Below are positions 49,631-59,819 of a stretch of DNA of 64,000 nt, in pieces; the first letter of the stretch is position 1; every line of letters begins with the position of its first letter. The notes under the pieces were generated by a model, which saw nothing but the letters and a program-made list of their open reading frames with translations, did not search any database and was not told the DNA's origin. This DNA is from Pseudomonadota bacterium. GTDB taxonomy: Bacteria; Pseudomonadota; Alphaproteobacteria; Rhizobiales; Hyphomicrobiaceae. The position numbers and the translations under genes were made by a program. The stretch lies in assembly GCA_039819785.1 (NCBI GenBank), contig JBCBRH010000009.1:30885-94884 (forward strand). Reading direction: 5' to 3'.

Positions 49631-51208
49631 TTAGTTCACAGCCCCCACACGATGTACGCGCGTTGACCACGTATCTGGTTCTGAGCGCGCCGTGGCGTTG
49701 TAATCTGCTGCGTTGACGGGATCGGCACGATGATCGATCTCCGGCGCGCCGAGGAAACCGTCTCCTCCACCATTGGGCGTGGTTGTGCCCCACCACGCGT
49801 TGCGCACTTGCCGATAGTAAGTTCCTGGATCATACGTCTCAGTCCCAGGCGCCATGCGATCAATCGTCAACTGGCCGGTGGAACGCAGCAGAAGGTATGC
49901 GCCAACGTGATGGTCCCGGGTGGACTGCAGAAGCCGGATGCGTGAATTGATCAGTTCGCGTTCGGCATCGAGAACATCAAGTACCGTCCGCCTGCCGAAC
50001 TCCTGCTCATCACGGACACCCTTCAGCGCCCGCTCACTCGCCGCAACCGCCATCTTGTCAGAGGCGACTTTGGCTTGGGCTGCATTGAACTCGGCCCAGG
50101 CTGCACCCACCGCCTCATCAATACTGCGAACAGCAGCGTGTGCCTCCCGATCCAGCCCCGCAGCCGTGTTCTTGGCCTGACGGATCCGGGCTGAGACTTC
50201 GCCGCCCTGGTAAAGCGGCACCCGCACCCGTCCGAAAACCGAAAAGCCAACTCGATCAACAGAACTTTGCGCATCATTGAAAGACCGGTCATAGCCCGCG
50301 ACAAGACCCGCCTGAGGCAGCAGCTCGCCCCGCGTCTTCCCTATAGCCTGTGTTGCAGCGGCGCGCTTTTCACCTGCAGCAGCAATGATAGGGCTCTCAT
50401 ACAGGGCAATTTCCTGCGCGGTCTCAAGGCTATCAGGGAGCGAAACCGGCAGATGGGGCATCGCAAGCCCCTCCGGCGGGCGTTGCGTAATCCTGGCGAA
50501 CCGCAACTGGCTGATCCGTAGTTGGGCCTTCGACCCGTCAAGGTCGGACTTTGCTGTCGCCACACGTAACCGTGCCTGCTCGACATCCGTCAAAGTGACC
50601 TGCTCGCGTTCAAACTGCTCTTCGATGCCGAGCAGGAAACGCTTTAGCGAATTGAGCGTCTTACGGCGATAAAGAGTGATGCCTTCGTCGCGCAAAACGT
50701 CAAGATAGGCTGAGGCGGTTTGGAACAGAATTTCATTCTCCGCCGCCCGTAGGTCTTCACGCGATGCACGAACGGTCGCCTCAGCTTCTGCGACGGCGTA
50801 GTGTGTTTTGAATCCATCGAACAATGGCTGCTCGATCGTCACGCCATAGCCATAGCTCTCGCTGAATGATGACCCCGGTGATGCGGCAGCCGATGTCCGG
50901 CCCGCGCTGTCGTTGGACGCTCCGCCATAAAAGCCATCGGCATTGACACGCGGCCGGTAGCCGGACAGAGCACGCGAGACGCCATCGTCACTGGCCCGTG
51001 TCTTGTAACGTTCAGCCTGGAGGGAGGCATTGTGGGCATAGGCCGCTGCAAACGCTTCACGAAGACTGACCGCATTCGCAGGCTGACCAAGTGCGACGAG
51101 CGCCATGGCTGCGACGCTTGTCGTTCCCACACTGTAAGAAGCCAATTCGGCTAGGCATCTGCCACGGGACACATGTCCGGGCAATGCCTCTTGAGTGGAT
51201 TTTTGCAA
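49631..51208 (-). CDS. tolC: TolC-family outer membrane channel
   Basis: Signal peptide, then SLREAFAAAYAHNASLQAERYKTRASDDGVSRALSGYRPRVNADG (TolC type I secretion OMP family N-terminus). Two repeat halves and a long C-terminal extension. The start codon is uncertain (TTG at 51208). Confidence 0.85.
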   Translation of the reverse strand: MQKSTQEALPGHVSRGRCLAELASYSVGTTSVAAMALVALGQPANAVSLREAFAAAYAHNASLQAERYKTRASDDGVSRALSGYRPRVNADGFYGGASNDSAGRTSAAASPGSSFSESYGYGVTIEQPLFDGFKTHYAVAEAEATVRASREDLRAAENEILFQTASAYLDVLRDEGITLYRRKTLNSLKRFLLGIEEQFEREQVTLTDVEQARLRVATAKSDLDGSKAQLRISQLRFARITQRPPEGLAMPHLPVSLPDSLETAQEIALYESPIIAAAGEKRAAATQAIGKTRGELLPQAGLVAGYDRSFNDAQSSVDRVGFSVFGRVRVPLYQGGEVSARIRQAKNTAAGLDREAHAAVRSIDEAVGAAWAEFNAAQAKVASDKMAVAASERALKGVRDEQEFGRRTVLDVLDAERELINSRIRLLQSTRDHHVGAYLLLRSTGQLTIDRMAPGTETYDPGTYYRQVRNAWWGTTTPNGGGDGFLGAPEIDHRADPVNAADYNATARSEPDTWSTRVHRVGAVN

Positions 51209-51429
51209 GGCTCAAATTGTCCATCGCATGACTTCAACAAGGCAGGTCGTCCGCTTTGCCGAAGCTCCCTCATCCGATGACGACACTCATCGATCGTAAG
51301 TGTGGTGACAAATTGTTATGCTCGAAATTTCATAACCTTACTCGTATCTGCAAAAATTCATCTGGAAGAGAGCGAGCGCACTTTCTCCCAGATCAGACCC
51401 AAAAAAAGAGCAGGCATCTTCGAAGGAAA

Positions 51430-51930
51430 CTACTCCTTGATGAACCGAGCCTGGATCGCGGCTCCACTCTTGGCCTTGCCTGAAATGACTACCTTGGCAC
51501 CCTTCGGCAGCGGGGCTTCCAATGCGGTTTCCAATTTGCTGCCATCGGCCACGAGATTGAGCATCTTGGTACCAGCAGCGCTCTGCACGACGGCTTTGAA
51601 TGTGGTCCCCGTCACGTCGATCGGTTCGTGGTCCTGGGTGAGATGAAAAACGATGGCTTTGTCTGTCGCCACCATTTCAACCCCATGGTGGGCCGCGGTT
51701 TCAAAATACTGACCACCATGTTTGGGACCATGGCCGGCATGATCATGACCCGAGTGATCATGACCCGAGTGATCATGTTTCTCGCCATGCGCATGGCTCT
51801 TGTCGTGGTTATGCCCAGCGCCATGCTTGTGCCCATCGCCGTGCTTGTGGTCACTATGTGCCAGGGTAATGGATGCCGGGACAGTGACGAGAAGAGCAGC
51901 GGCAAGAGCGAGCTGGAAAGTTTTGAACAT
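51430..51930 (-). CDS. Secreted histidine-rich metal-binding protein
   Basis: Signal peptide, then HSDHKHGDGHKHGAGHNHDKSHAHGEKHDHSGHDHSGHDHAGHGPKH (roughly one residue in three is His), then a beta-rich domain of about 100 aa. Confidence 0.6.
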   Translation of the reverse strand: MFKTFQLALAAALLVTVPASITLAHSDHKHGDGHKHGAGHNHDKSHAHGEKHDHSGHDHSGHDHAGHGPKHGGQYFETAAHHGVEMVATDKAIVFHLTQDHEPIDVTGTTFKAVVQSAAGTKMLNLVADGSKLETALEAPLPKGAKVVISGKAKSGAAIQARFIKE

Positions 51931-51953
51931 GGGTGGTCTCCGTTGATTTGAAA

Positions 51954-54900
51954 TTAGTAAGCTTCGAGTTGACCGGTATGGCGGACCGGAGCGGCATCGC
52001 GTGCATCAATCAAACGTTGCAGAGGCTGCTTGCCGAACCAGAGAAACAATAAGGGTGTCAACACGGCATCAATGAACGTCGCCGTGACAAGCCCCCCGAA
52101 GATCGTGACAGCCAGGGGATGAAGAATTTCCCGGCCCGGCTCATCAGCTGCAATCATGATGGGTACGAGCGCAAGACCCGCCGACAACGCCGTCATCAAG
52201 ACCGGCGTCAGCCGCTCCAGCGACCCGCGCACCACGAGGTCACGCCCGAAGGTCTCACCTTCATAGAGCGCCAGATTGATGTAGTGGCTGATCTTCAAAA
52301 TCCCGTTCCGCGCGGTGATGCCCGCCAGCGTAATGAACCCGATCAGGCTGGCCACCGAAAACGGCAGGTTGAAGATCCACAACGCAGCCACGCTGCCGAT
52401 CAAGCCGAGCGGGATCGACGTCAAGACAATGCCCGCCAGCGTCATCGACTGATACCTGCTGTACAAAACGAGAAAGATGAGCGCCAACGAGATAAATGAC
52501 AAAAGACCAATCGTGCGCGTCGCCTCTTCCTGCGCCTGAAACTGCCCTTCAAGTCGAATACTATAGCCAGCCGGCAACTCAGCCTCGTCAATGACGTCCC
52601 GGATATCGGCGATAATCGCAGCCATATCCCGCTGCCCGTCACCATTCGCCGACACCACGATGCGGCGCTGTTGGTTCTCCCGAAGGATTTGGTTCGGCCC
52701 CTCCGCTTCAACTACCGTCGCGAGGCGATGCAATGGCGCGTATCCCATGGGCGTGGCCACAAGCGCATCACTCAAACCCTGTGTTGAGCGAGCCTCGTCG
52801 TCAAGACGCATCACAACATCAAAGCGACGATTGCCCTCGACAATTTGAGAGACCGTGCGCCCGTTTGTGAGACCAGCCAAGGTGGCTGTGAGGGCTGGAG
52901 GGGTGACGCCGTAAAGAGCGGTCCGCTCATGGTCCGGCACGACTTGCAACTGCGGGATCAACACCTGCTTTTCAGTCTGCAGATCAACAAGTCCCGGAAT
53001 AGAAGACAGCTTGATCTGCATGTCAGCAGCCAAAGTCCTCAACCGATCCAGATCTTCGCCAAACACCTTCAGGGCGATTTGCGCACGCACGCCAGACAAC
53101 ATGTGGTCAAGCCGGTGGCTGATCGGCTGTCCGATCGCGATGACCGCAGGCAAAGCCGAAAGCGTCTCGCGAATGTCTGCATAAACCGCCTCGCGATCAC
53201 GCTCAGTCTTGGCAAGATCGATATCGATCTCAGTGACATGCACACCTTCCGCGTGCTCATCCAATTCTGCCCGTCCAGACCGACGGCCGACAGTCTTCAC
53301 TTCGGCTACGCCCATAACCAAACGCTCAGCAATGGTGCCGAGACGATCAGCTTCACTCAGAGAAATTCCAGGATTGTAGACGACGGAAACAAGCAGTGTG
53401 CCCTCGTTGAAAGGTGGCAGGAACGATCGCGGCAACTGCGTGGCTACCGCGGCTGCAGATACGACGGCGACCACAATACCGGCGATAAGCGCACGCGGAT
53501 GAGCAAACGTGACGTCCAGCAAAGCGCGGTTGCCAGCTTTCAAAATACGCACCAGCCTGGCATCGCCTCGGTCTTGCTGCGGCGTCCTCAACAGGAAGTA
53601 ACACATCACCGGCGTTAACGTGATCGAGGTGGCGAGACTTGCCAGGATCGCAACGATGTAAGCCAAACCCAACGGTCTGAAGAGCTGCCCTTCGAGCCCC
53701 GTCATGGCAAACAACGGCACGAACACCAAAACAACGATTGCGGTGGCATACACGATGCTGGAACGCACTTCGTGGCTGGCATTCAAGACCACGGCGAGCT
53801 TAGGCTGCGGCTGCACGGCTTTGGCATTCTGTTTCAAGCGTCGCAAAACATTCTCGACGCCAACGACGGCGTCATCAACCAACTCACCGATGGCAATGGC
53901 AATCCCCCCGAGCGTCATCGTGTTGATCGACAAGCCGAAAATATCAAACACCACAACGGTGATACAGATCGACATCGGGATCGCGGTGAGCGAGATGAAA
54001 GTCGCCCGCCAATTCAACAAAAACAGGATCAAGACAAACGCGACGACAACAGCGGCTTCAACCAGGACGGACTTCACATTTGCAATCGAGGTTTCGATGA
54101 ACGTGGCCTGCCGGAATTGAACCTGGTCGGCTTTCACGCCATCTGGCATCGTACGTTGGATGGTTTCAAGCGAAGCCTCAACCGCCTGCGTAACAGCCAC
54201 AGTGTCAGCCTGAGGCTGCTTTTGAACACCAATGATCACTGCCTTCCGGCCTTGAAACCCGGCATCCCCTCGCTTCACACGTGGCGCGAACGACACTTCC
54301 GCAACCTGCCGCAGAACGATGGGCTGTCCGTCGCGGACGGTCAGGACAATGTTGTGCAAGTCTTCTAGTCGCGTCGTTCGGCCAATGTTGCGGATCAGAT
54401 ATTCCTGGGCATGCTGATCGACGAAGCCACCGCCAGCGTTGGTGCCGAATCCGCGCACAGCCTCCTCGATCATCGCTGGCGTCACATCAAGTCGCTGCAT
54501 GGCGATGAGATCGGGACTGATCCGATACTGCCGCACTTCACCACCGATCGGGATGACCTGGGCGACACCGGAAATGGTCAGCAACTGCGGTCGGATGACG
54601 AAATCTGCAATCTCGCGCAATTCCATCGGCGAAACGGTCTCGCCCGTGATGGCGATCAACATAATTTCACCCATGATGGATGAGATCGGCCCCATTTGCG
54701 GCTGGACGTTTTGCGGCAGCAAGGCATCAACCGTCGCGAGCCGTTCAGCAACGAGTTGCCGGTTTCGGTAAATGTCGGTGCCCCAATCGAATTCGACGTA
54801 GACGATCGATAAACCGACACTTGAGACCGAGCGGAGTCGAATGACGCCAGGCATGCCGTTAAGAGCGGTTTCCAGCGGATAGGTTACGAGTTGCTCGACC

Positions 54901-55079
54901 TCTTGTGGCGCAAACCCATCCGCCTCGGTGAGCAGCGTAACGGTTGGCCGGTTCAGGTCCGGGAAAACGTCGACTGGCAGCCTTGGCAGGAGATACGCTC
55001 CGTAGGTCGCCAGTAACAGCGAGCCAACGATGACGAACATGCGTTGCGAGAGACTGAGCGCGACGAGAGCCTTGAACAT
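51954..55079 (-). CDS. Heavy-metal-efflux (HME) RND transporter, CzcA/CusA family
   Basis: 1041 aa, 12-TM RND layout. N-terminus [23 protein letters not shown]...[16 protein letters not shown]4 motif [15 protein letters not shown]. Confidence 0.9.
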   Translation of the reverse strand: MFKALVALSLSQRMFVIVGSLLLATYGAYLLPRLPVDVFPDLNRPTVTLLTEADGFAPQEVEQLVTYPLETALNGMPGVIRLRSVSSVGLSIVYVEFDWGTDIYRNRQLVAERLATVDALLPQNVQPQMGPISSIMGEIMLIAITGETVSPMELREIADFVIRPQLLTISGVAQVIPIGGEVRQYRISPDLIAMQRLDVTPAMIEEAVRGFGTNAGGGFVDQHAQEYLIRNIGRTTRLEDLHNIVLTVRDGQPIVLRQVAEVSFAPRVKRGDAGFQGRKAVIIGVQKQPQADTVAVTQAVEASLETIQRTMPDGVKADQVQFRQATFIETSIANVKSVLVEAAVVVAFVLILFLLNWRATFISLTAIPMSICITVVVFDIFGLSINTMTLGGIAIAIGELVDDAVVGVENVLRRLKQNAKAVQPQPKLAVVLNASHEVRSSIVYATAIVVLVFVPLFAMTGLEGQLFRPLGLAYIVAILASLATSITLTPVMCYFLLRTPQQDRGDARLVRILKAGNRALLDVTFAHPRALIAGIVVAVVSAAAVATQLPRSFLPPFNEGTLLVSVVYNPGISLSEADRLGTIAERLVMGVAEVKTVGRRSGRAELDEHAEGVHVTEIDIDLAKTERDREAVYADIRETLSALPAVIAIGQPISHRLDHMLSGVRAQIALKVFGEDLDRLRTLAADMQIKLSSIPGLVDLQTEKQVLIPQLQVVPDHERTALYGVTPPALTATLAGLTNGRTVSQIVEGNRRFDVVMRLDDEARSTQGLSDALVATPMGYAPLHRLATVVEAEGPNQILRENQQRRIVVSANGDGQRDMAAIIADIRDVIDEAELPAGYSIRLEGQFQAQEEATRTIGLLSFISLALIFLVLYSRYQSMTLAGIVLTSIPLGLIGSVAALWIFNLPFSVASLIGFITLAGITARNGILKISHYINLALYEGETFGRDLVVRGSLERLTPVLMTALSAGLALVPIMIAADEPGREILHPLAVTIFGGLVTATFIDAVLTPLLFLWFGKQPLQRLIDARDAAPVRHTGQLEAY

Positions 55080-55090
55080 AGCGCGCCCCT

Positions 55091-56911
55091 TCAGCGGATC
55101 TGGTTGACGAGTAGAGCACCCTGCACGATGACTTGATCACCCTGCGCAAGGCCCTTCGTGATCAGGACCCGCTCGCTATCGATGTCCTGAATACTCACTG
55201 CGGACGGGAGGTAGCTTTCTGGCTCCAGCCGTTTGAAGGCGACCATCTGACCGTTAGGCGCCTGCGCGATCGCTCGCCGTGGCAGAACGAGCCCGTTGAC
55301 CGCCTCCCCTCTTTCAATAATCACGTTGACGGGACTGCCAACGCTCAACGCATCGCTGGGACGGTCAAACCGAAACTGCAAAACAGTTGCCTGCTGCTGA
55401 AGCGCCCGACTGCGGCCCACGAACGATAAATCAAAAAACGTATTGTCCGCCAAGCGGGCACGCGCACGGGCATCTGCCAGCACCAGTGTCGGGTCGAACG
55501 AAATGGCCTCGACCCAAAGGCTGGATGGATCAACAATCGAGAACACCGTGTCCGCACTGTCCACCACCTGACCGGCGGCAATGTGGACATCTGTTATGAC
55601 ACCCGTAACCGGTGCCACCAGTTGTTCGTGCGCCGTACGTGAGCGGGTCAGTTGTTGACGCCGCGCATCGAGACCGGCGCGCTCAATCTCCAGATCTTCG
55701 AGACTGGCGGCATTCACGACACCTTTATCGACGAGCGGTTTTTGCCGGGCGATGCGCGCATCCAGGACGGCAATGCGCTGTTCCAAATCACCGGCCGTCT
55801 GGCGCACATCGGAGGCATCAATGGGCGCGAAAGCAGGCTCGACATATGCGAGAACCTGGCCCTTGGTGACCTGCTGCCCCAGCGTCGGCAAGCCCCCGTC
55901 TGCAGGCGTGATCCGTCCACCGATTGTGCTTTGAACAAGCCCTGAACGATTGGGGTCGGCGATGATGCGGCCGATCAATCGCTCAGACCGGCGAACATCC
56001 GTTCGCACCAATCGGGTGGTTCGAATATCCAGAAGACGTTGCGTCGGCTTGGGCAGGAACACGCGCCCATCTGGCAGCCGCCTTGGTGCATCACCCTGGA
56101 TAGCCGTGGCACCGCCGCCGCCATGATCATGACCCGGCCCGGCTGAGGCAACGCCGGCACCCAACACCGTGACCAGCCCCAACAGTGCGATGACAAGGCC
56201 TGCTCGCGCACTCATCAAAGCGCCAATCGCTAAACCGATGACCGCACCGATACCGGCAACAAGCGCGGCATTCTCCGAAACGCGATGCACCAGTGACGAT
56301 TTCAATCCCGCACGCGCAACGAAATCTCGAAGACCGCCGGGGGCCATGGGTTGAGACGTGTCCGCCGCATCATTCCGCGATGTCAGCGTTTGAGCTCCTT
56401 CGTCATCGTGATGATGATCGGCATGGTCATGATCAAAGATTTTTTCTTTGGAGGTGTTGAGGGTGCCCACGAGCAGATCGTTGCCGCCATCGGTTTCAAC
56501 CACGACGATGACGTCATGAACCCCGTGTTGCTCGAGGGCCGACGACACCGCGACATATGTTCCATCGTCCTGCGGTTCGGCTAACTGGGTTTGACCATCG
56601 ATCGTGAGTTCGATTTTCGCGCCAAGCACCGGCGATGTATCGCGAAGCCGGTCGAGGTAGACGGTCAGGCGTCCATCTTTCCAAATGCCGACGAATTCAT
56701 GGCTCTCTGAAACCGCAACAACACGAGGGCTGGCAGGCCCTGCAGCGGTGGCCGGCGCAGCGCCGTGGTCGTGCCCGGGGCCGGCAAGCCCAGCGCAAGC
56801 GGAAAGCGCAAGTATCAAACTGCCGATAGCACCCAGAATGGGTGCACGGGAAACGATAAACATAGGAGTGACCTCTGACGAAGCAGGAAACGGTTTGGCT
56901 TTGTCCGCCAA
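55091..56911 (-). CDS. RND periplasmic adaptor (CzcB-like MFP) with about 270-aa N-terminal extra domain
   Basis: MFP core from about aa 275 (barrel-sandwich/lipoyl LAYVEP...[12 protein letters not shown]). The N-terminal part contains a second anchor helix, a beta-rich domain and [21 protein letters not shown] occurs twice. Confidence 0.85.
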   Translation of the reverse strand: MADKAKPFPASSEVTPMFIVSRAPILGAIGSLILALSACAGLAGPGHDHGAAPATAAGPASPRVVAVSESHEFVGIWKDGRLTVYLDRLRDTSPVLGAKIELTIDGQTQLAEPQDDGTYVAVSSALEQHGVHDVIVVVETDGGNDLLVGTLNTSKEKIFDHDHADHHHDDEGAQTLTSRNDAADTSQPMAPGGLRDFVARAGLKSSLVHRVSENAALVAGIGAVIGLAIGALMSARAGLVIALLGLVTVLGAGVASAGPGHDHGGGGATAIQGDAPRRLPDGRVFLPKPTQRLLDIRTTRLVRTDVRRSERLIGRIIADPNRSGLVQSTIGGRITPADGGLPTLGQQVTKGQVLAYVEPAFAPIDASDVRQTAGDLEQRIAVLDARIARQKPLVDKGVVNAASLEDLEIERAGLDARRQQLTRSRTAHEQLVAPVTGVITDVHIAAGQVVDSADTVFSIVDPSSLWVEAISFDPTLVLADARARARLADNTFFDLSFVGRSRALQQQATVLQFRFDRPSDALSVGSPVNVIIERGEAVNGLVLPRRAIAQAPNGQMVAFKRLEPESYLPSAVSIQDIDSERVLITKGLAQGDQVIVQGALLVNQIR

Positions 56912-56920
56912 GCAAGCGTG

Positions 56921-57418
56921 TCAGAGGTGGAGCTTCGGGGGCCGCTTCAGGGTGCGGCCTGTCGCCCCGTGCATTGCATCATTGCACGGCAGGACGGTCT
57001 GCCGCGTTACAAGGGGGGAATACGGTTTGTCGTAAGCCGCGGGAATTACAAACGTAAGGCAGGTATGTCCAGGATCGATATGCCCGTCTGAAAACAACGA
57101 CAAATGGCTATCGTGATCATCCTGCGGCGAGAATGGAGAGGACCCATCAAGCTCCGATTGTCCATCGTGACGATGGTTATCGTCCGTATGCTCATGATGC
57201 GCGTGGTCATATTGACCAACGGTTTGAACAGGACCGGCACCGTGATGTGCCATGTCGTGGGCATCATGCGGATCAAACAAATGAGCGGCATGCACATGAT
57301 CATGACCGACCAAGCACATACACAGGGCAAACGAAATCAGCGCAGCCAGCAAGCGCCGCGCTTGTCCGTACCTCGTGAAAATAGTGCCTCGTACCGTCAT
57401 AGTCCCATTATCTACCAC
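56921..57418 (-). CDS. Histidine-rich hypothetical protein at the head of the RND operon
   Basis: Hydrophobic N-terminus (LLAALISFALCMCLV), then HDHVHAAHLFDPHDAHDMAHHGAG...YDHAHHEHTDDNHRHDG. The start is uncertain (GTG at 57418 or ATG at 57400). Confidence 0.5.
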   Translation of the reverse strand: MVDNGTMTVRGTIFTRYGQARRLLAALISFALCMCLVGHDHVHAAHLFDPHDAHDMAHHGAGPVQTVGQYDHAHHEHTDDNHRHDGQSELDGSSPFSPQDDHDSHLSLFSDGHIDPGHTCLTFVIPAAYDKPYSPLVTRQTVLPCNDAMHGATGRTLKRPPKLHL

Positions 57419-57565
57419 GGATCATGGGCGTGCGGTGAATTTTACTGTGGTTCAACAATGAAACGGTCTCAACAAGGGTTAACCTGAGGCCATGCGAACA
57501 CAGGCGGGGTCAAGTAAATCGAGCGTCAACGGTCCTTAGGAATTGTTTGCCCCCATATGCGCATA

Positions 57566-57589
57566 CCCGCAGCCAAGGGAGGCTGCGGG
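57566..57589 (-). terminator. Perfect 9-bp hairpin downstream of the Cys-rich protein gene / upstream of the RND operon
   Basis: CCCGCAGCC-aaggga-GGCTGCGGG. There is no T-tract, so terminator function is uncertain. Confidence 0.4.
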
Positions 57590-57629
57590 ATCGACACAAT
57601 CCGTGGGACTTGGTTAGATCAAGCCAGGG

Positions 57630-58061
57630 CTAATTGATCTGGCAGCGATCTTCATATTTGAAACACGCACGGGTGTTGCCGCGGTTGCACTTGCGCTCAA
57701 GCTTTTTGCAGCCAGGCCGGTTCCAAACCTTTTCAGTGGTGAAGCCGTATTTGTTCGTGGCGTAAGGGGCACAGGCATCCGTTTCAGGAATGGGACGAGT
57801 TCCAACAGGACAGGAACTTACCGGAAGTGCATAGCCTCTTGTGCGATTATGAGATTTTTGCGTTGCCAAATTTGCAGCAACGGCCGCGCCAATCACGAGA
57901 CCTGCAAAAAACTTATTGCGCTTAGCTCCTGTTTTATGAACCACTGTCTCGGCTTGTGGGGAAAGTGCTGTGGCTCCGCCAGCCACCATACCGGCATGTG
58001 CCGTGGCTTGAATAGACAAGAACATCGTGCAGGCAGCGAAAATCTGGATCAAAGTTTTCAT
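57630..58061 (-). CDS. Small secreted cysteine-rich hypothetical protein
   Basis: Signal peptide MKTLIQIFAACTMFLSIQATAHA. The C-terminal 70 aa contain six Cys. The ATG at 58061 has only a weak RBS. Confidence 0.4.
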   Translation of the reverse strand: MKTLIQIFAACTMFLSIQATAHAGMVAGGATALSPQAETVVHKTGAKRNKFFAGLVIGAAVAANLATQKSHNRTRGYALPVSSCPVGTRPIPETDACAPYATNKYGFTTEKVWNRPGCKKLERKCNRGNTRACFKYEDRCQIN

Positions 58062-58214
58062 GTTGGCAGGGCTCGCCTTTGAGGACTGGTGGAGAAGCCG
58101 GTCAGCCTTGAGCCCAACCGGTGTGTCTGTCTGACAAACACACCTTCGCAAATGCAGACCGCTGCCGCTGTCACACCAGGAACATCATGAAAACGAGATA
58201 CACCCGCGCATCCG

Positions 58215-59819
58215 TCAGTCGCGCGGTTTGGGCCGGCTAAGCGTGCGTGCAAGAACACGTCCAGCCCCAACCGCTTGCGACAGCACGGTGCGCCAGCTGG
58301 TGCCCTTGTCTGCACCCCGCACGCACCTGAGGAGCTGCGCACTTTTTGCCTCTGGAAGCCGCTCGGCAAGCTTTGCCCACACCACATCGACATTGTAGGC
58401 GGGACGCTCCGGCGCGAGGCTCACGGGAACAATATCGCTGGGCGAAACCTGCAAGTCTTCACCGATGGCAACCAGTGCATCACGGATTGCGCGAGACTTT
58501 GCATCATCTTCGTCCTCGATATCGTAAGGCGGAGCCCAGACGTTGAAGGGTCGCAGACGATCAATGTGGGTTGCCACAAAAACCACCGGAGGCGGGCGGC
58601 GATCCATGAGTTCCGCAAACGCAGATCGCAGTGATCCCAACACATCTGCGTCAAGTGCCCGGTCGGCCCGATTGGACGGCACGACCCAAATGATCAAGTC
58701 GCTGGCCAGGGCGTTTTCAATGATGCGCGCCACATCGACGGCAGGGGTCAGGCCAGGGCTGTCCGTCAACACCACCGCGGGCATACCCGGACGCTGAACC
58801 TCATACCCTTGATAGTCACTGGTGGCGGGTAAACTATCGACGGCGGCCTGAACATCATCTGCCAAGGCGTTGATCAAACTGGTCTTGCCCACCCCCTGCT
58901 GACCGGCAACCAGAAAGCGTAATGGTTCGCTCAGAGCTTGTGACTGGCCCGACCGATCAGCGGCAGTCTGCGCGCTCACATATCCGGCAAGGTCATCATC
59001 CGACACGCGCAGACGGCCACTGTAGAGTTCAATCGCCGCCTGACCGACTTCACGCACATAGGCTTGAGCCAGACGCTTGGCGAGATCTTCGCGCAAGCCT
59101 TCCATGGCCGCCTTGCTCATGCGCTCGCGGATTTCCTGCGTGGCCGCCGCAAGCGGATTAGCCAGCCGCAACACCCGCCACAGGTCATACGCTTTGTTTG
59201 CGACGTCCAGATAAGACCTCCATTTGTAGACGCCCATCACCTGCCCGACGGTCAACCGATCGCCCAGCGGAACATTCTTGATGATCATCGGCCGCAACCG
59301 CTGAGCAATCCGTTCAAGAAGTGACAAGGCTTCAGGCGCCGTAAATTGCCAGATGGCATTCTCATCCGATGGATGCATCTCACGCGCAACGCACTCCACG
59401 GTTCGCAGGCCAAGTGCAATAACGTCCTCACGACTGCCAAGCTGTTTGGGGTCAACATCGAGCGCCAGCACTTCAACCGCCTTGAGGGCCGCGGCCTCCC
59501 GGGGTGTCGGCAGCGAGGTATCGTCAACGGAATGGTGCGCGGCATCAGCCCCGCCGACATCTGAGCGGTCACCCATGCGACCACCCTGGGATGCGGCCGA
59601 GGGCTTTTGCAACGCAACCTTACGAATGCGCGAAAGCAGAGCGGCCCGCCCGGCAAAGACGAGGATCGACAAGACCACGGTGGCAGCCAGCCAGTACGGC
59701 AGGTAACCGTTTTGCCAGAGCCAGAGCCAGCCAAATGGAACGACGCTCAAGACCGGTAACGCAATGACCAGAGCCAGACTGACGAACGCGATCAACGTGG
59801 AGAGGTTATCGCCCTTCAT
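58215..59819 (-). CDS. Membrane-anchored P-loop GTPase (N-terminal TM hairpin, helical domain, GTPase domain)
   Basis: Two N-terminal TM helices. G1 GQQGVGKTS, G3 DSPG, G4-like THID. The start overlaps the upstream stop (ATGA). Confidence 0.65.
   Translation of the reverse strand: MKGDNLSTLIAFVSLALVIALPVLSVVPFGWLWLWQNGYLPYWLAATVVLSILVFAGRAALLSRIRKVALQKPSAASQGGRMGDRSDVGGADAAHHSVDDTSLPTPREAAALKAVEVLALDVDPKQLGSREDVIALGLRTVECVAREMHPSDENAIWQFTAPEALSLLERIAQRLRPMIIKNVPLGDRLTVGQVMGVYKWRSYLDVANKAYDLWRVLRLANPLAAATQEIRERMSKAAMEGLREDLAKRLAQAYVREVGQAAIELYSGRLRVSDDDLAGYVSAQTAADRSGQSQALSEPLRFLVAGQQGVGKTSLINALADDVQAAVDSLPATSDYQGYEVQRPGMPAVVLTDSPGLTPAVDVARIIENALASDLIIWVVPSNRADRALDADVLGSLRSAFAELMDRRPPPVVFVATHIDRLRPFNVWAPPYDIEDEDDAKSRAIRDALVAIGEDLQVSPSDIVPVSLAPERPAYNVDVVWAKLAERLPEAKSAQLLRCVRGADKGTSWRTVLSQAVGAGRVLARTLSRPKPRD

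Noticed and set aside
51430-57418. Calling the RND cluster a copper Cus system or a Czc Zn/Co/Cd system
   Set aside because: There is no Met-rich CusF-like protein and no CzcC/CusC. The TM4 motif is a hybrid (AIG-DDA-VEN). His-rich partners suggest divalent metals, but specificity cannot be assigned from sequence alone.
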